Source: the human T2T-CHM13v2.0 reference genome, Homo sapiens. From it: a stretch of DNA of 64,000 bases. Positions 1 to 15,745 of this stretch are shown here, piece by piece. How positions within the stretch are numbered: the first letter of the stretch is position 1; every line of letters starts with the position of its first letter. The notes under the pieces were generated by a model. That model worked only from the letters and a program-made list of their open reading frames with translations, did no database searches and was not told the DNA's origin. The stretch lies in the NCBI RefSeq assembly GCF_009914755.1, contig NC_060942.1; one strand, written 5' to 3'. Made by a program: the position numbers and the translations under genes.

Positions 1-1599
1 ACCTGTTGCTTATACAATTGCAGTAAATGATTAAAGGATTGACCATTACCTCCATTTTGGGTTTGTTCCTGAAACCCAAAAAGTGAAGAAATCCCACTGA
101 GCTTCCTGGGTGTGCTTTGAACTAACAGGGTCCAAGTGGCACTACAATTACCTATAGTCTTAGAAGAAATTCCCAAATGTGTCTTGCCTGCTTCTCATTT
201 GCTGTAGGTGGGGCAGTAGTCATCAAATGGTATTTCGTGAGCATACTTCATCACAAACTGCAACAAAACCCCAAATGGCGACTCACTGGAGGGGCCACAG
301 TACAGTAACATAATTTGATATGTTTAATAATCAGTCTGGGAAACAAGGCTGATAGAAGCAAAATGGCAGAACGGAAAATAGGCCTATCAGTAAGCGTGAA
401 CATTTCTGTGAGGTTTATGTCTTCATTAAAAGAAGACTTGAGTATCTGGGGTTGTAAACTTATTAGAGATCTATGTGGAGTCTGACCTCTATATAGGTAT
501 GAGCTATCAATCTTTTAGCTCCTCATAATTTCTGAAAGGGATTTAGCCTTCAGTGTAAATCATTTGAAATTGTTGATTATTGACATTTATGAGTGCATAC
601 TGATGAGATAGGCAAAATCTGGTTACGGATTACATATTTCTAAGTAAAATTTTGAATCTATAATTATATCTGGAATAACATCCAATGTGTTAATAGGTGG
701 GGTGAGGCCTTTTACCTGAACATTTGGTACAACATGGTTTCAATACCTTTTGTGCCATAACTTTTTTCTACTAGATTTAGAAATGCCTGGATGCAACAAG
801 GACAAGGGCAGAGCCTGGAACATATGCCCTGGGATCCCAAAGTAAGACCAGTAGTGACTGGATGAGCATCCATAGACCCCATTCATAGTAAGTGCTCTGA
901 AATCTTCCACTAAACTTATTTCTTCACATGGGCTTGTCAGCAGCGGTATCTCCTAAGTGGTTTGAATGTGCAATAACTTTTTCTAAAGGCATTGTCTTAA
1001 TAATCAAGATTTATACAATTTTTTAAAGTATGGTGAAGCCTTAAGATTTTTATTTCTATCCCTTCATATTAGAGATAGAAGATTAGAAATTTTAAGGAAG
1101 ATACATTGCTTATGAAAAATCACACCAATTGTTGGTAACAGTTTGCTCAACAGAGTTGAACCTCAGCTTTTCCTCTTCTCAGGAGGTAAAACTTACCCTC
1201 ATCTCTTGAATGGTTGGATAAATTCATTTTTTTTCTTCTTGAAGAGAAATTACTTTTGATTTTTTTCAAAGTCTTCTGAATTAGTGTTTGCCAGAGAGTG
1301 GGGAAAAGGTGAAAATATAAACAGAGTCACAAAGATATGATCACCACAGCCATCTGGGTTCTCTGTGTATTCGAAATTCCTGGTTGTGATATGGAAGGGT
1401 AGTGGTGATATTCAGCTTGGATATAGAACAAGATGGTTTCCAAGTTTATAATAATAAGGCAGCTAGTAGAAAACAGTGAAACCTCTTGAAATCTATCTAT
1501 CATCTATCCATCCTCTCCCTATCTTTTCATCCATGTACTCATCTATGTATCTATGTATCTATTTCATTAATGCACTTATGAGCTGAAAAGTAAAGGAAG

Positions 1600-1850
1600 G
1601 ATTCTTAGGAATTATGAATTCAAGAATCCAAAGAACCTCAAACACAATATATTACAAGAAATCCCAAGACACCCCCTCCTACATATTGTCTAATAAAACT
1701 AGAGAACACAAAGACAAAGAGAAGATCTAAGGATGAGGGGAAAGGTGAGAATGAATCTTCAAAAGATAAGAAAAAATATCAGGTGACTTCTTATTAGCAC
1801 AAATAGAATCCAGAAAACAGGAGAATAAGGTGCTGAGAGAACATAACTCT
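1600..1850 (+). mobile_element. Ancient L1 (L1M/HAL1-type) ORF1 fragment
   Basis: 'taataaaactagagaacacaaagacaaagagaagatct...gacttctt...gaatccagaaaacaggagaataaggtgctgagagaacataact' resembles the ORF1 C-terminal region of old L1s. Confidence 0.5.
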
Positions 1851-2409
1851 TTCACATCTGATAAGTACCAGGATTTGAACAGAGGAAGTCTAAGTTCAAA
1901 GCCCACACTTTCAACCACGGTGCAATTCTGCCTTTCTTTCAGCCAGAGTCAACCAAATATAAAACTTACTGATGACAGAAAGGACAATAACCATGATCAT
2001 TACTGGCCCTAAGAAGTCAACGCTGCATTTATCCTCTTTCCTCTCAGTTTGGCACTTCTCCCACCTTCCCTATTCATGTCTGTGCCATTTTTCTTCTCTA
2101 TTTCCCTTAACTTTGGCCTCTGAGTAATCTTTTATTTCTTCCTTTCTTTACCATCTTCTTTATTTGTTCCAATGGCCCATTATAAATTCTTTCTACCTAA
2201 TGTAAACCAGAGGGGACTTCTGCTTTTCGAGTCAATAATTATGGGCCAGAGTCACTTTTATCATTTCACCTCTAGAAAAATAAATTCTAAGTAGCATATT
2301 TTACATTTCTTAAGGTCTCCATTACATGTTCTTGTTCTAGAAATTTAATCTCCTTTATTTTATAAAAAATAAAATAATAAATATTTAAACTGTCTTTTTG
2401 AGGCTACCA

Positions 2410-2610
2410 AGTGTTTTTAAGTATATTACCTAACCTGATTCTTCTCATAATGACCCTCTGGACTCAATGAACAAAATGTTTCACCCATTTTATAGGTGAA
2501 AATACTGTGACTTAGTGTAATTAAATGATTATCCTGATTCATATAATCATTTAATTAAAGCCAGAAACCTAAGGCACTTGAGTAAAAATTCCAGAAACAT
2601 TTTAATCTAC
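2410..2610 (-). mobile_element. MIR SINE
   Basis: MIR core in antisense, 'cccattttataggtgaaaatactgtgacttag...ttaaatgattatcc'. Confidence 0.6.
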
Positions 2611-3730
2611 TATTGAAAATTCTCCTATTATATATGATTTATGTTCAGGAAGTTTGTTTTCCTACAGCTAGTCACTGTGTGAAGCTGGAGAATGATCCCA
2701 GGAATTCACTACAAGATTCAGTGGCTTCTCTAGAAATTCAGAAATGGAACTACTAAAGGTATTACTGCTATATGTCTCCCCCTCCTGAGTTACAAATGCA
2801 ACAAGCTGGTAATTATGATGATACTTTATTCCAATAAGAACTGAAATAGGACAATGAAATCATGATGCTTAGCACTTCTATAGCACCATTCATCTTCTGA
2901 GCTCTTTACAAACAGTAATAATTAAAGGAGGGCAACAGAGAGTTCAGCTGATAGGGTGAATCACATGTAATAAACCAACTCCTTAGGAATTAAGATCCGG
3001 GAGGACAGCACCCACTTGAGATACAAACTGAAATTTATATGAATGTGTATAGGGGCAGGAGGTAGCAGGTACTAAGGGGTGAGAGGATGTTTTTAAAAAA
3101 ACCCAAACTTTCCCTCCTTCAGAGTTGTCAATACAATCAGCCTTTGTAAGCAGGCTGCTGCCATTTGAATTACAAGGGATTTTAAATGGGGCAGAAAATG
3201 TAAGCTAGTCAAGTGAAGGGGAAGATTAGATAAGAAAATTAAACTATATGTTAAATTCCACTGTAAGTAGATAGTCCTTAAGGGAACAAAAATAATGATT
3301 TTATTATCAAAGAAGAAAAGTGTGCAGCTTATCTGCCTTTGTTACCTGGAGTTTCTTCCGGGAATCTGTTGTTCAACAAAATGTGTCCTGGTGACAGGTT
3401 AGGGCTACTGATTACTCTCTTCTTACATAGAGGTATGGAGGAAAGGGGATAAAGAGAGGGAAAACAAAAACAAAAATATCAATCACAATATCATAAGATC
3501 CACCCTTCCCTCTGATTCAGACTCTGTTCCAAGAAACAACCACAAATTCAAGTTACTGTCCCTGTGTCTTCAGGATCACTGGGTGATATTCATTTCCTAA
3601 CATGTTCTGATCCATGCTGTTTGGCATTTCTAAGCAAGTATGCTTTATTCTCTTCTCAGCTGCTTGACTCTGATCTTGTGTGTTTGTCTCCTGAGATTAC
3701 CGAGGCTTTAGAAAGGTATTCAAGCATAAT

Positions 3731-4357
3731 TGTAGGGGCAGAGGGAAAGTTTCCCACTTTATCCTTTGAAGGTTTGCTGAAAAGAAACCGACAAAAGGTA
3801 GACTAATAGAAGAAAAAGACATAGAAATTTATTATGACTTGCATAGCATGGGGAATTGCAGAATAATTGCTCAGTAACTTCATGGGGCACAGATGCGTAT
3901 ATAATCTGGGGATGGGTAGATGAGGGTGCACATAGAAGTAAATAATTTTTTAGGGGGAATGAATAATCCCAATGTTTAGACAATGATTAGTACATAATTC
4001 TCTTTGGGAATTGAATAATTATCCTGGGACATAAGAACAAACAATAGTTTGAGACAAAGTCCATCTGGACTCTAGATGTGATATTTAATTTTTAGTCTAT
4101 TCCTCTGTGATGTGGGTTTTAATCTTCTCTGGTTAATGAAATTTCCAGGAAGAGATGAAAGGCAATCGTGTTTCTTTTGGGTGGTCCAGTTTCTAAGTAG
4201 ATAAAGGAACTTCGGTGAACAGCCTCATTCTGTGTGACGGGAGAGAAAAAGTTTTGAAAGACACAAGTGAAGGAAGATCAGAGAGAACTAGAGGCTGCCC
4301 CTTTAGTTCAGTATGTCAAAGTGCTGTATTTTGGGTATCATTTTCCAAGCCCCAACT
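3731..4357 (-). mobile_element. ERV1 solo LTR, MER34/MER39 group
   Basis: Reverse complement begins '(a)gttggggcttggaaaatgatacccaaaatacagcactttgacatactgaac' and ends '...cccctaca'; 4-bp TSD-like flanks taat (3727-3730) / caat (4358-4361). Confidence 0.8.
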
Positions 4358-4527
4358 CAATCAAATTCCTCATTTCTGCTCTCTCAATTTGCTAGCTATC
4401 AGTATAAATTCTAGTAGTTAGAAAGAGCGCCCTTGCCTCCATGTCAAACTGTTACAGAAAATTGGAATTTTGATCCTGGAGACCTTTGTTTTTCTACCCA
4501 AAAATAAGCAACTTTGCCTCACACCCT

Positions 4528-4630
4528 CATTCAAATGCCAGCTCTGCATCTGACTAACTGTGTAATAGTAGGCAAATGACCTAATTTCCTGATCATGAAT
4601 TTCTGCACCCATACACTAGAAACAGGGATC
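4528..4630 (+). mobile_element. MIR SINE fragment
   Basis: 'ttcaaatgccagctctgcatctgactaactgtgtaatagtaggcaaatgacctaa' follows the MIR B-box/core. Confidence 0.65.
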
Positions 4631-4745
4631 CATTTATTCATGGTATTTATTTAAGTCCTTACATTAGTTGTAAGAATATAAAGATAGGAGGCACCATTTC
4701 TCCCTTCTAGGGGCTCAAAACCTGGTAGAAGTGACAAATAATTAA
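4631..4745 (-). mobile_element. L2 3' end fragment
   Basis: 'catttattcatggtatttatt...tcccttctaggggctcaaaacctggtagaagtgaca' is typical of an antisense L2 tail. Confidence 0.45.
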
Positions 4746-4834
4746 TTACTCATCAAAATAGGGTATGGTAACCTTGTATTGGGTAAAACAAATGCCCAGA
4801 AAAGAAATCCCTGACCTGAAATGGTGGGAATGAT

Positions 4835-5694
4835 CAGTGATATGCTGGTAAATGTTTACCAAGCAACTATCTGTGTAAAAAAAAGGTATGTATTTATATA
4901 CAAGCATGCATTTACTATAAATCTTAGTAATATAAAAGATGTGTGACAAAAATTTAACAAAATAATAAAATATACAATATTCTTTAACATAAATTTCTTA
5001 TAGCCCATTGATGCTCAGACTCCTGCTGTTGATTGTTGCTGACTCTTGGATCCTTATCAAACCTATCACTGCAGTTGATAAACTAGTGTAGTGAAGATAT
5101 GAAAGTTGTTTGGTATATTCATTTATGATAATGAGTAGAATGAAAGTGGAACAAGAAAGATATACATCTGAAATTTACTCATTCATCAATGATGTGAGAA
5201 AATTGAATAACAGAATAATACTGGAAGAATACGTTTTTCGGTTTTGCGTGTTACTGAGAGACATGACACACTTTTAAGTTTATTCTGCATTATTAATATC
5301 TTCTCCATCAGTTTCTCACTCTACACAATCAATAAAATAAAACAATCAAACTCTGAGTTTTAGGATTTCCAATATCTTTCACCTTGGCTAGTTTCGTTCT
5401 TTCACCATGATATCTCTGAATAATGAGCTGGGAAGAGACGCACATTAGCCCACACACAGGTGAAGTACTTACAACGTGCACACACAGTAGATGTCAATCT
5501 CAAGAGCACAGATAACAGTAAAACATGTTAAAATAGGAAGTAATTAGTTTTTAGTATTTTAATAATGGTTTACAATAGAGTTAATTTTAAGTTAATCATG
5601 GCTGTGCTTAATAATAACAACAATAGGGTCACAAAATCTCTAAAAATTTTTCATGGGTTCTCATGAGTTAGTATGGGTTGACATCACACCACTG
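4835..5694 (-). mobile_element. MER63 (MER63C-like) hAT-Blackjack non-autonomous DNA transposon, complete
   Basis: Termini 'cagtgatatgctggtaaatgttt' and 'catcacaccactg'; 8-bp TSD ggaatgat (4827-4834) / ggaatgag (5695-5702); interior follows the recalled MER63 consensus. Confidence 0.85.
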
Positions 5695-6150
5695 GGAATG
5701 AGGAAGGCCTTCAACGGCATGGAGGTAAACACTGAGCAGCCCGTATAAAGCAGAAGGGGAAGATTGTTCCTCCAACTGAAGAGAGAATATGCAAAGAATG
5801 AGAACTGAAAGAGAGTATGGAAACTACAGGCAGCTGCAAACAAGGTAGGGCTTGCTGTGGTAACTCCCAGCACCAAGAAGCTTCGGTGCTATTAGATATA
5901 GGAAAGCCACTCTCCCACACAAGCACTTTGCATTAAAGGATAATGATGAAAAGCTATACCTGTAATCTACAATGGATATTATCACAAATAATACTATGAT
6001 ATAGGATTTAAACTTACATTGATTTTTGAGCAAAAAGAGAACAAAACAATGTCAACTACAAGACTCATGCTAACATAATCTGAAATAGAGATTCTCTTTG
6101 TATGGCTGGAGTGGGGAATGATTTAAGGTGTGCTGATTTTTCTGCTTTTC

Positions 6151-6166
6151 AGAGAGAGAGAGAGAG
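6151..6166. repeat. (AG)8 microsatellite
   Basis: Seen directly. Confidence 0.9.
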
Positions 6167-6432
6167 TGAATCACACATTATATAGTTACATAGTACACTA
6201 ACTGGTACCTAAATCTGACAGTGAGGATCAACAGTGATCCTAAGAGAAGAACTCAAACTGGAATTTCAGGAAAAAAAATCTTCTAGAGATAAATGATGAT
6301 TCCAAGAGCAGGAGAGACCATAGAGTGGGAAAAGGAAAGGAAGAAATAATGATTCAAGCCAGCTCTTTGGCCCCTCGTCATCTCTCATTCAGTGTTGGAA
6401 ATTTTTGGTAATTGAAATTTACCAAATTTAAA

Positions 6433-6448
6433 TGTGTGTGTGGCGGCT

Positions 6449-6485
<37 letters not shown>
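6433..6485. repeat. Interrupted (TG)n microsatellite
   Basis: Seen directly. Confidence 0.95.
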
Positions 6486-6486
<1 letters not shown>

Positions 6487-6624
6487 GCTAGCTTTTGGAA
6501 ATAGCAGATTTGGTAATTCATATTTCCAAAAGCTGTAAGTACAAACACACACTTAAATATTTACAGATTGCTTAGAAGTTCACAGTGTACTAAAATTTAT
6601 ATTAATAAAATTCTATTGATTGGA

Positions 6625-7015
6625 CCACCTAAAGTCTGTTCCATACCAGTCTCTCTTTTCCCCTCCAACCACAGATGCTGGATGGTTTTCCTGTCTCCTC
6701 TTGAAGATAGCAGTGTATTTGTGAGCCAGGTCTGGCCCATCAGGCATAAAAAGGGACAAATGGAGCTGGCATGGCCTTTCTTCTTTCACTCGGCCCTCTT
6801 TTCCGTTGAACACAAACATGATGTTGGACACTGAGGGCAGTCATGTTGCAACAAGAGGTAGTGAATATAAGAGAAATGCCCAGGCAAATCCACCCTGACA
6901 ATGAGCTGGCAAGCTATTCTAGCAGCCATCTCCCTCTTGACTTTCTACAATGTGAGATAAAAAAATCTTCATAATTTAGCCACTGTAAATAGGGATTTCT
7001 GCTCCTTGTAGATAA
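6625..7015 (+). mobile_element. Old MaLR LTR (MLT1J/K/L-like)
   Basis: 'gggcagtcatgttgcaacaagagg', 'gactttctacaatgtgagataaaaaaatc...tttagccactgt...gggatttctg' MLT1 3' motifs. Confidence 0.55.
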
Positions 7016-7537
7016 TCCAGGGATCAATAAAGCAATATACTTTCAACTGAAAATTAGTATTTAGGGTTAAACCGCATACTAGATTGCAATTAAACAAGTA
7101 CTGAAGGTTCATACACACATCAGTGTTAACTTCTTTGCTACCTCTGTCTCAATGGATATCTTAGCCCAGCCTATTCATTGTAAGTACAAAGAAAATATTC
7201 AAATTAGCTCCTACAGAAAGGAGAGTTCCTAAGTCAAGCACTCTCTCATTGAATACAGGGTAAGGAAGTTTGACCTGTTCACTAAGGTTTGGAACCAAGG
7301 AGCTTCTTTCTCCCTAATCTATGATACCCCATTTCTGCTTCTCCTAACACCTGCTTCATTATTTGCTCTCTGTCTCTTTGCAAACTTTTTTTTTTCATTT
7401 GTCCCTTGATTTATGTGGTTTAAAACAAAACAAAGAGATGAAAATGGTTTTCCCTTGGATACCTTCTGGGTCACCTTAATTACCAAAGCCAAAGATTCCC
7501 ACTTTAGCTTAGAAAATTAAAAAAAAAAAAATTTCAA

Positions 7538-7918
7538 TGTCTTAGTTTGTTAGGATTACCATAATATAGTACTGTAGGCTGAGTGACTTAACAGAAATTT
7601 ATTTTCTCACAGTTCTGGAGGCTGGAAGTCCAACATCAAGGTGTCAGAAGCACTTGTTTGATCTGAGGTTTCTTTTCTTGGCTTGAATTGGCCGCCTTCT
7701 CCTTGTGTCCACATGTTGCACACATCACTGGTGTCCTTTTTTGTGCCAAATTTCCTCTTTTTATAAGGACACTAGTCAGATTGGATTAGGGCCTACTATC
7801 CTCGTTAACTTAATGATCTCTTTAAAGGTTTTATGCCAAAATACAGTCACATTCTTGAGTACTGAGTGTTAGGGCTTCAACATTTGAATTGTGAGGGAAT
7901 ACAATTCAACCCATAAAC
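7538..7918 (-). mobile_element. MLT1B-like MaLR solo LTR
   Basis: 'tgtcttagttt...aacagaaatttattttctcacagttctggaggctggaagtccaacatcaaggtg...cttcaacatttgaatt...acaattcaacccataa'. Confidence 0.85.
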
Positions 7919-9192
7919 GCAATTTACCTGTGCCGCCTTCCAGGCACATCCTGTGATTGAAGTTGGAAGAAAAGCGGCCTGCAGATAGCAAAGAAAGGAA
8001 GGCAAAATGGCATTTGGGATACAATCAATGAAAGAATCAGCAACTATTTCACTCATGCTTACTTCTACATAAAAATTGCTACCCCAGGCAGAGAGAGAAA
8101 TTCAACTATTAATTAGTAAATTAGAGAGATAAGAGGGATAAATTCAGCTGCCACATTGAAAATGTATATATTGAGTGTTAAACATGTGGCATGGACAGTA
8201 AGTGTTATAGCATTATAGGGGGAGAACAATCTTGTTCAGTTGTTTAGAGAAAGACCTTTGGATCCCTTAAGGAGAAAGACCACAAGATGAGGCTGACCAG
8301 GAGGAATGATTATTCACCCAGCAAGTGGCTGGGAAAAAGAGGGCTTTCTTAAGGTCTGAAACAGCAACAAGAGACAGAAAAAAGGAAAACTTCTTGTAGG
8401 AATAGTAGTATCATTTTAAGGCAGGGAAATTGGTACAGAGAGAGATGATAAGCAAGATTGCAAGACAGTTTGGTATAAGATTGCTGAGGCTTTAAATATC
8501 TTTGTAATGTGTGTCTGTTCATGCAGTCTTGCAAGAGTTAAGCTGAACCCTTTTCTATTTTGACGTCTGAATTTTCTGACGTCTCTGAGCTGGCCATCTA
8601 CACTCTCCTCCTGAATTAATACAGGGTTTGGGGTGACCTGGAAGGTCAACTCTTAAGATAATTAGTACCGAAGAGCTGCACTCTCGCCATGCTGCCATTT
8701 CAGTCTTCTCAGAATCTAGCAATTTTTCATGATAAATTGAATCTAATAACATATTTTTGCAGCCAAGATACATGGTGGATCATTGTCTTGTCACTTTGAT
8801 AAAATGTTTGGGCTTTTTTCCTCTGGCCCAGACTTCACAAGAGAGCAGGTGAAAAATCTGCAGTTATGTCAAACCTAACACAAATATAATAATTCCTGAA
8901 ATAGCAACTTGAAAATAATTAATTTTTTGAGTAAAATAATCCAGGAATATTGACTATGCTCCATAATTCAACATTTGTTGTGTTTCTGTTTGCTAAAGGT
9001 TTTAGGGTTTCTATAAGAATGGGCAGTGGTAGTTTCAATAAAGAAAAATGAGAGGCAATATTTTGGTATTGTTTTGGCATCGTACCAAAAACTTATTCTA
9101 TTCAAATGTGTTGAAGGGAGTATTCTGGTATTCATGAACTAAAACTGTATCCTCTGTAAGTCAAGTCCCTCTCAGACTTAAAAAAAGGAGTT

Positions 9193-9435
9193 TGTATAGT
9201 GAAATGAATTATACGACAGGGTTTGGAATCCAACAACCTGGGTAGGTCTAGACTCTGTCAATTAAATCATTGTGTAATTAGGAGTAGGTCATCCTGTTTG
9301 CCTGCACCCAGTTCTGCATCAGCATGTGTAAAATGCAGTCTAATAATGCTGAGAATAGGAAATGAACATGATGCACAAAAAGAATTTATAGGACAGTGCC
9401 TGGCCCAAAGCAAGTGCTCACAAATTTACTTGTTA
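9193..9435 (+). mobile_element. MIR SINE
   Basis: Near full-length degenerate MIR ending 'ggacagtgcctggcccaaagcaagtgctca'. Confidence 0.7.
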
Positions 9436-9559
9436 ATAAAATGTCCTTTGACTCTACATTCAAGATGTTCAGATTAAAATGAATACTAACTTTTTTTTAA
9501 TGCATATAACCAGAATTTTTCTTTGTCTTTTGAGGGTAAATACTTTAGAATCATTTTTT

Positions 9560-11690
9560 AAACACTTTTATTTTAAGGTAAAATAAAAATATTTTTAAAA
9601 CACTAAAAACATAGCTGAGTAAGTTATTATAAAGCAAATTATTCTGGTCAAGAATTATAACCTTTCCAGCCACCTCTGAAATACCTGTCATGTGTCTGTT
9701 CCCAATTACAGTGGTCTTTCTCCTTCAAGAGTAACTATTGTTCTGACATTTATGGTATATATTTTCCTTACATTTTTATAGATTTACAACTGAAATGTGC
9801 TTTGGCAGACAATATAATTTATCTTTCTCGTGATTAATTTTAATAGTTTTAAAAGTTTCCTTTATTCTACGATTTCCCTTTTATTCCTTTCAACAAGTCC
9901 TTTATAGTTACATCAAATTGGCAGCTGGGTCCAGATATAGGATCAGATTAAGATTAGATTTTATTGGCAAAACTATAGGTAGTGCTTGGCAAGCCGATAT
10001 GAGGCACATGACATCTGACTGTCTCTCTTTTTATGAATTTAGCAACCATTAATGATTAAACCCTGTATCTATTTATTAAATGAGAGTTGCAAAATGGGCA
10101 TAAGCTAATTTTATCATTTCGGTTTCTATTTATAAGTTGTGATACTTTTATCAGGAGACAAATTCCCTCATCTATTCATGGGTTATTCAGTGCAACAAGT
10201 TCTTATAGAAAAGAGTGGATAAATCCTTATTTCCCTTTTCTTACCAGTTTCTATGATAATGAATTAGTTCCCTATCACCCTTTGGAGGTGATCAATTTAC
10301 AAAAATGTCATTATGAAATCATGAATTTAAACATATTTGATGGGTTTCATTCCACTGTGAGTATTGTAATTATTGAAGTATGCATATTCCCATGTTTGGC
10401 TGATGAGAGCCTTTTTAGGTGGTACCTGGGTCCATTTGACATGATCCCAATAGTTTTTGATATCATCCTTGCTCTTTAATATTACAAAGTGTAAAAGTTG
10501 TACATTTACAACTCCAGACTGGGAATTAGCTATTTCTCCAATGATCCCTGCTTATTTCTTACAGTAAGAAATGGTATTTAAAGGCCATAATCTGGACTCT
10601 AAGGATGTTCATTACTAATGGATTGATATAAATATACCATCATATATGTAAATGATATACATATATATGGTATATATATGCAATATGAAATAAACTACCT
10701 CATATGTTTACATTTCAGACTACAGAAATTTTATTTTAAAATTTTAAATTATATTCATGTCTCCATTATTCCACATAAGAAGAATTCTTCCTTGAAAAAC
10801 ATCCTGATTTTCAAAAACAGAGAGATGATAGAATTAAACAATGCTGGAATTATTCATTTGATTTATGACATATTATGAACACATAGACTCAAAAAGAATA
10901 TTAATACTACCACCAATATTATTACAAAATCCATTAAAACTAGTTTTGTGTATGCACTTTTAATTCTCCATTTTTTTCTATATTTTCAGAAATTATGGTC
11001 ATTAGAATTATAGTCTCCCCCTTAGCCCATAATTACTCTTAGTTCTGCAGATAACTATATATTTTTTGCTCACAACCAAATCTTATGTCAATATCTCTCT
11101 AGGTATTTTCGTTGTCTAAAGCTCATTCTTCTGGGGATTTCCTTAAAACATGCCCGCTGGAACAATATTCTCCTTGTTTCTTAATGCTGATAACTTTAGT
11201 ACCTTTTATACTTGAGAGTTTTATTGGATACGGTATCGTTGACTCACACTTTCTTTTATCATGAGTTAATATGCCATTCATTTTTTAATTAAATAAAATT
11301 GTAAACAAATACTAATAGTATTCTAATTTTATTTTTCTTATAAATTACACGGTTTCATTTTCTAGGTATCCAAATGGTTTTTTATATTAATTTTTACTTA
11401 AAATTTAGTCATTTTACTAGAATATGTTTTGGTGGTTTTTGTACTAAGTTGAGGTTTATTTTCCCAGAAATTGTATTATACCATGTTGCTTTCTCAACAT
11501 ATAATTTCAAAAAAATATATATAATATCAATATATACACATAAGTTTGTGCAACATTTTCTTAAATTACTGCTTTTAATTTTTATTTTGTTTCCTTACTT
11601 TTTTAAAAATCAGTGATTTCTATTATGTGTCTATGTAATCTTCTTTCTCTATGCTCAGTATTGATGACTGTCACATCAATTCTTTTCATT
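9560..11690 (-). mobile_element. Ancient L1 fragments (L1MC4/L1ME-like 3' region and internal pieces)
   Basis: T-rich antisense L1 3'UTR motifs such as 'gagtaactattgttctgacatttatgg', 'gaggcacatgacatctgactgtctctc', 'gactgggaattagctatttctccaatgatccctg'. Confidence 0.55.
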
Positions 11691-11704
11691 CATCACCTGT
11701 TCAT

Positions 11705-14790
<3,086 letters not shown>

Positions 14791-14954
14791 CACACAAATC
14801 TCAGCTCACAGAATAGGACTCATCTCTAGCAGACCTGCTTTACAAGACATGTTAAATAAAATATGTTTTATGAGAAGGAAAATGACACAGATCAGAATTC
14901 TGGATCTGCATAAAAAAGAACAGCATCAGAGAAGAGGTCAAAGAAGGTTAACTA

Positions 14955-15203
<249 letters not shown>

Positions 15204-15350
15204 CTATAGCACATGGATAAGTGAAAAGAATGACAGAACTTTCATAAGAAATTGAGAGTGAAGATTTGGGAATACTCTGTTCTATGTTACCTACACTCAA
15301 TGTAAAGCAGTACAGTGTTATTTTAAGTAGACATAGATTCATTAAAACTT

Positions 15351-15630
15351 GCAGGTGTGGTAGCTCATGCCTGTAATCCAAACAATTTGGGAGGCTGATG
15401 CAGGCAGATTGCTTGAGGCCAGATGTTCCAGACTAGCCTGGGCAACATAGTGAGACCCTGTCACTACGAAAAATTTTTTTAAAAAATTGCTGAACATAGT
15501 GGTGTGCACCTGTAGTACCAGCTACACAGGAGGCTGAGGAGGGTGGATTGCTTGGGCCCAGGAGTTTGAGGTTATAGTGAGTCATGATTGCACCACTGCA
15601 CTCTAGCCTGAGTGACAGAATAAGATGGAC
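15351..15630 (+). mobile_element. AluJ
   Basis: J-type positions 'gattgcttgaggcc', 'gggcaacatagtgagaccctgtc', 'ggagtttgaggttatagtgagtcatgattg'. Confidence 0.9.
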
Positions 15631-15745
15631 TTTCTCTCCTTTTCTCTCTCTGTCTCTCTCTCTCTTTATATACATATATATATACACACATATACATATA
15701 TACATAAACATATATATATAATATCTATTTGTGTGTATGTTTTTG
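15631..15745. repeat. (TC)n/(TA)n/(TG) compound microsatellite at the AluJ tail
   Basis: Seen directly. Confidence 0.8.

Noticed and set aside
10087-10479. 130-aa ORF
   Set aside because: Lies in antisense ancient L1 3'UTR sequence and has a TTG start
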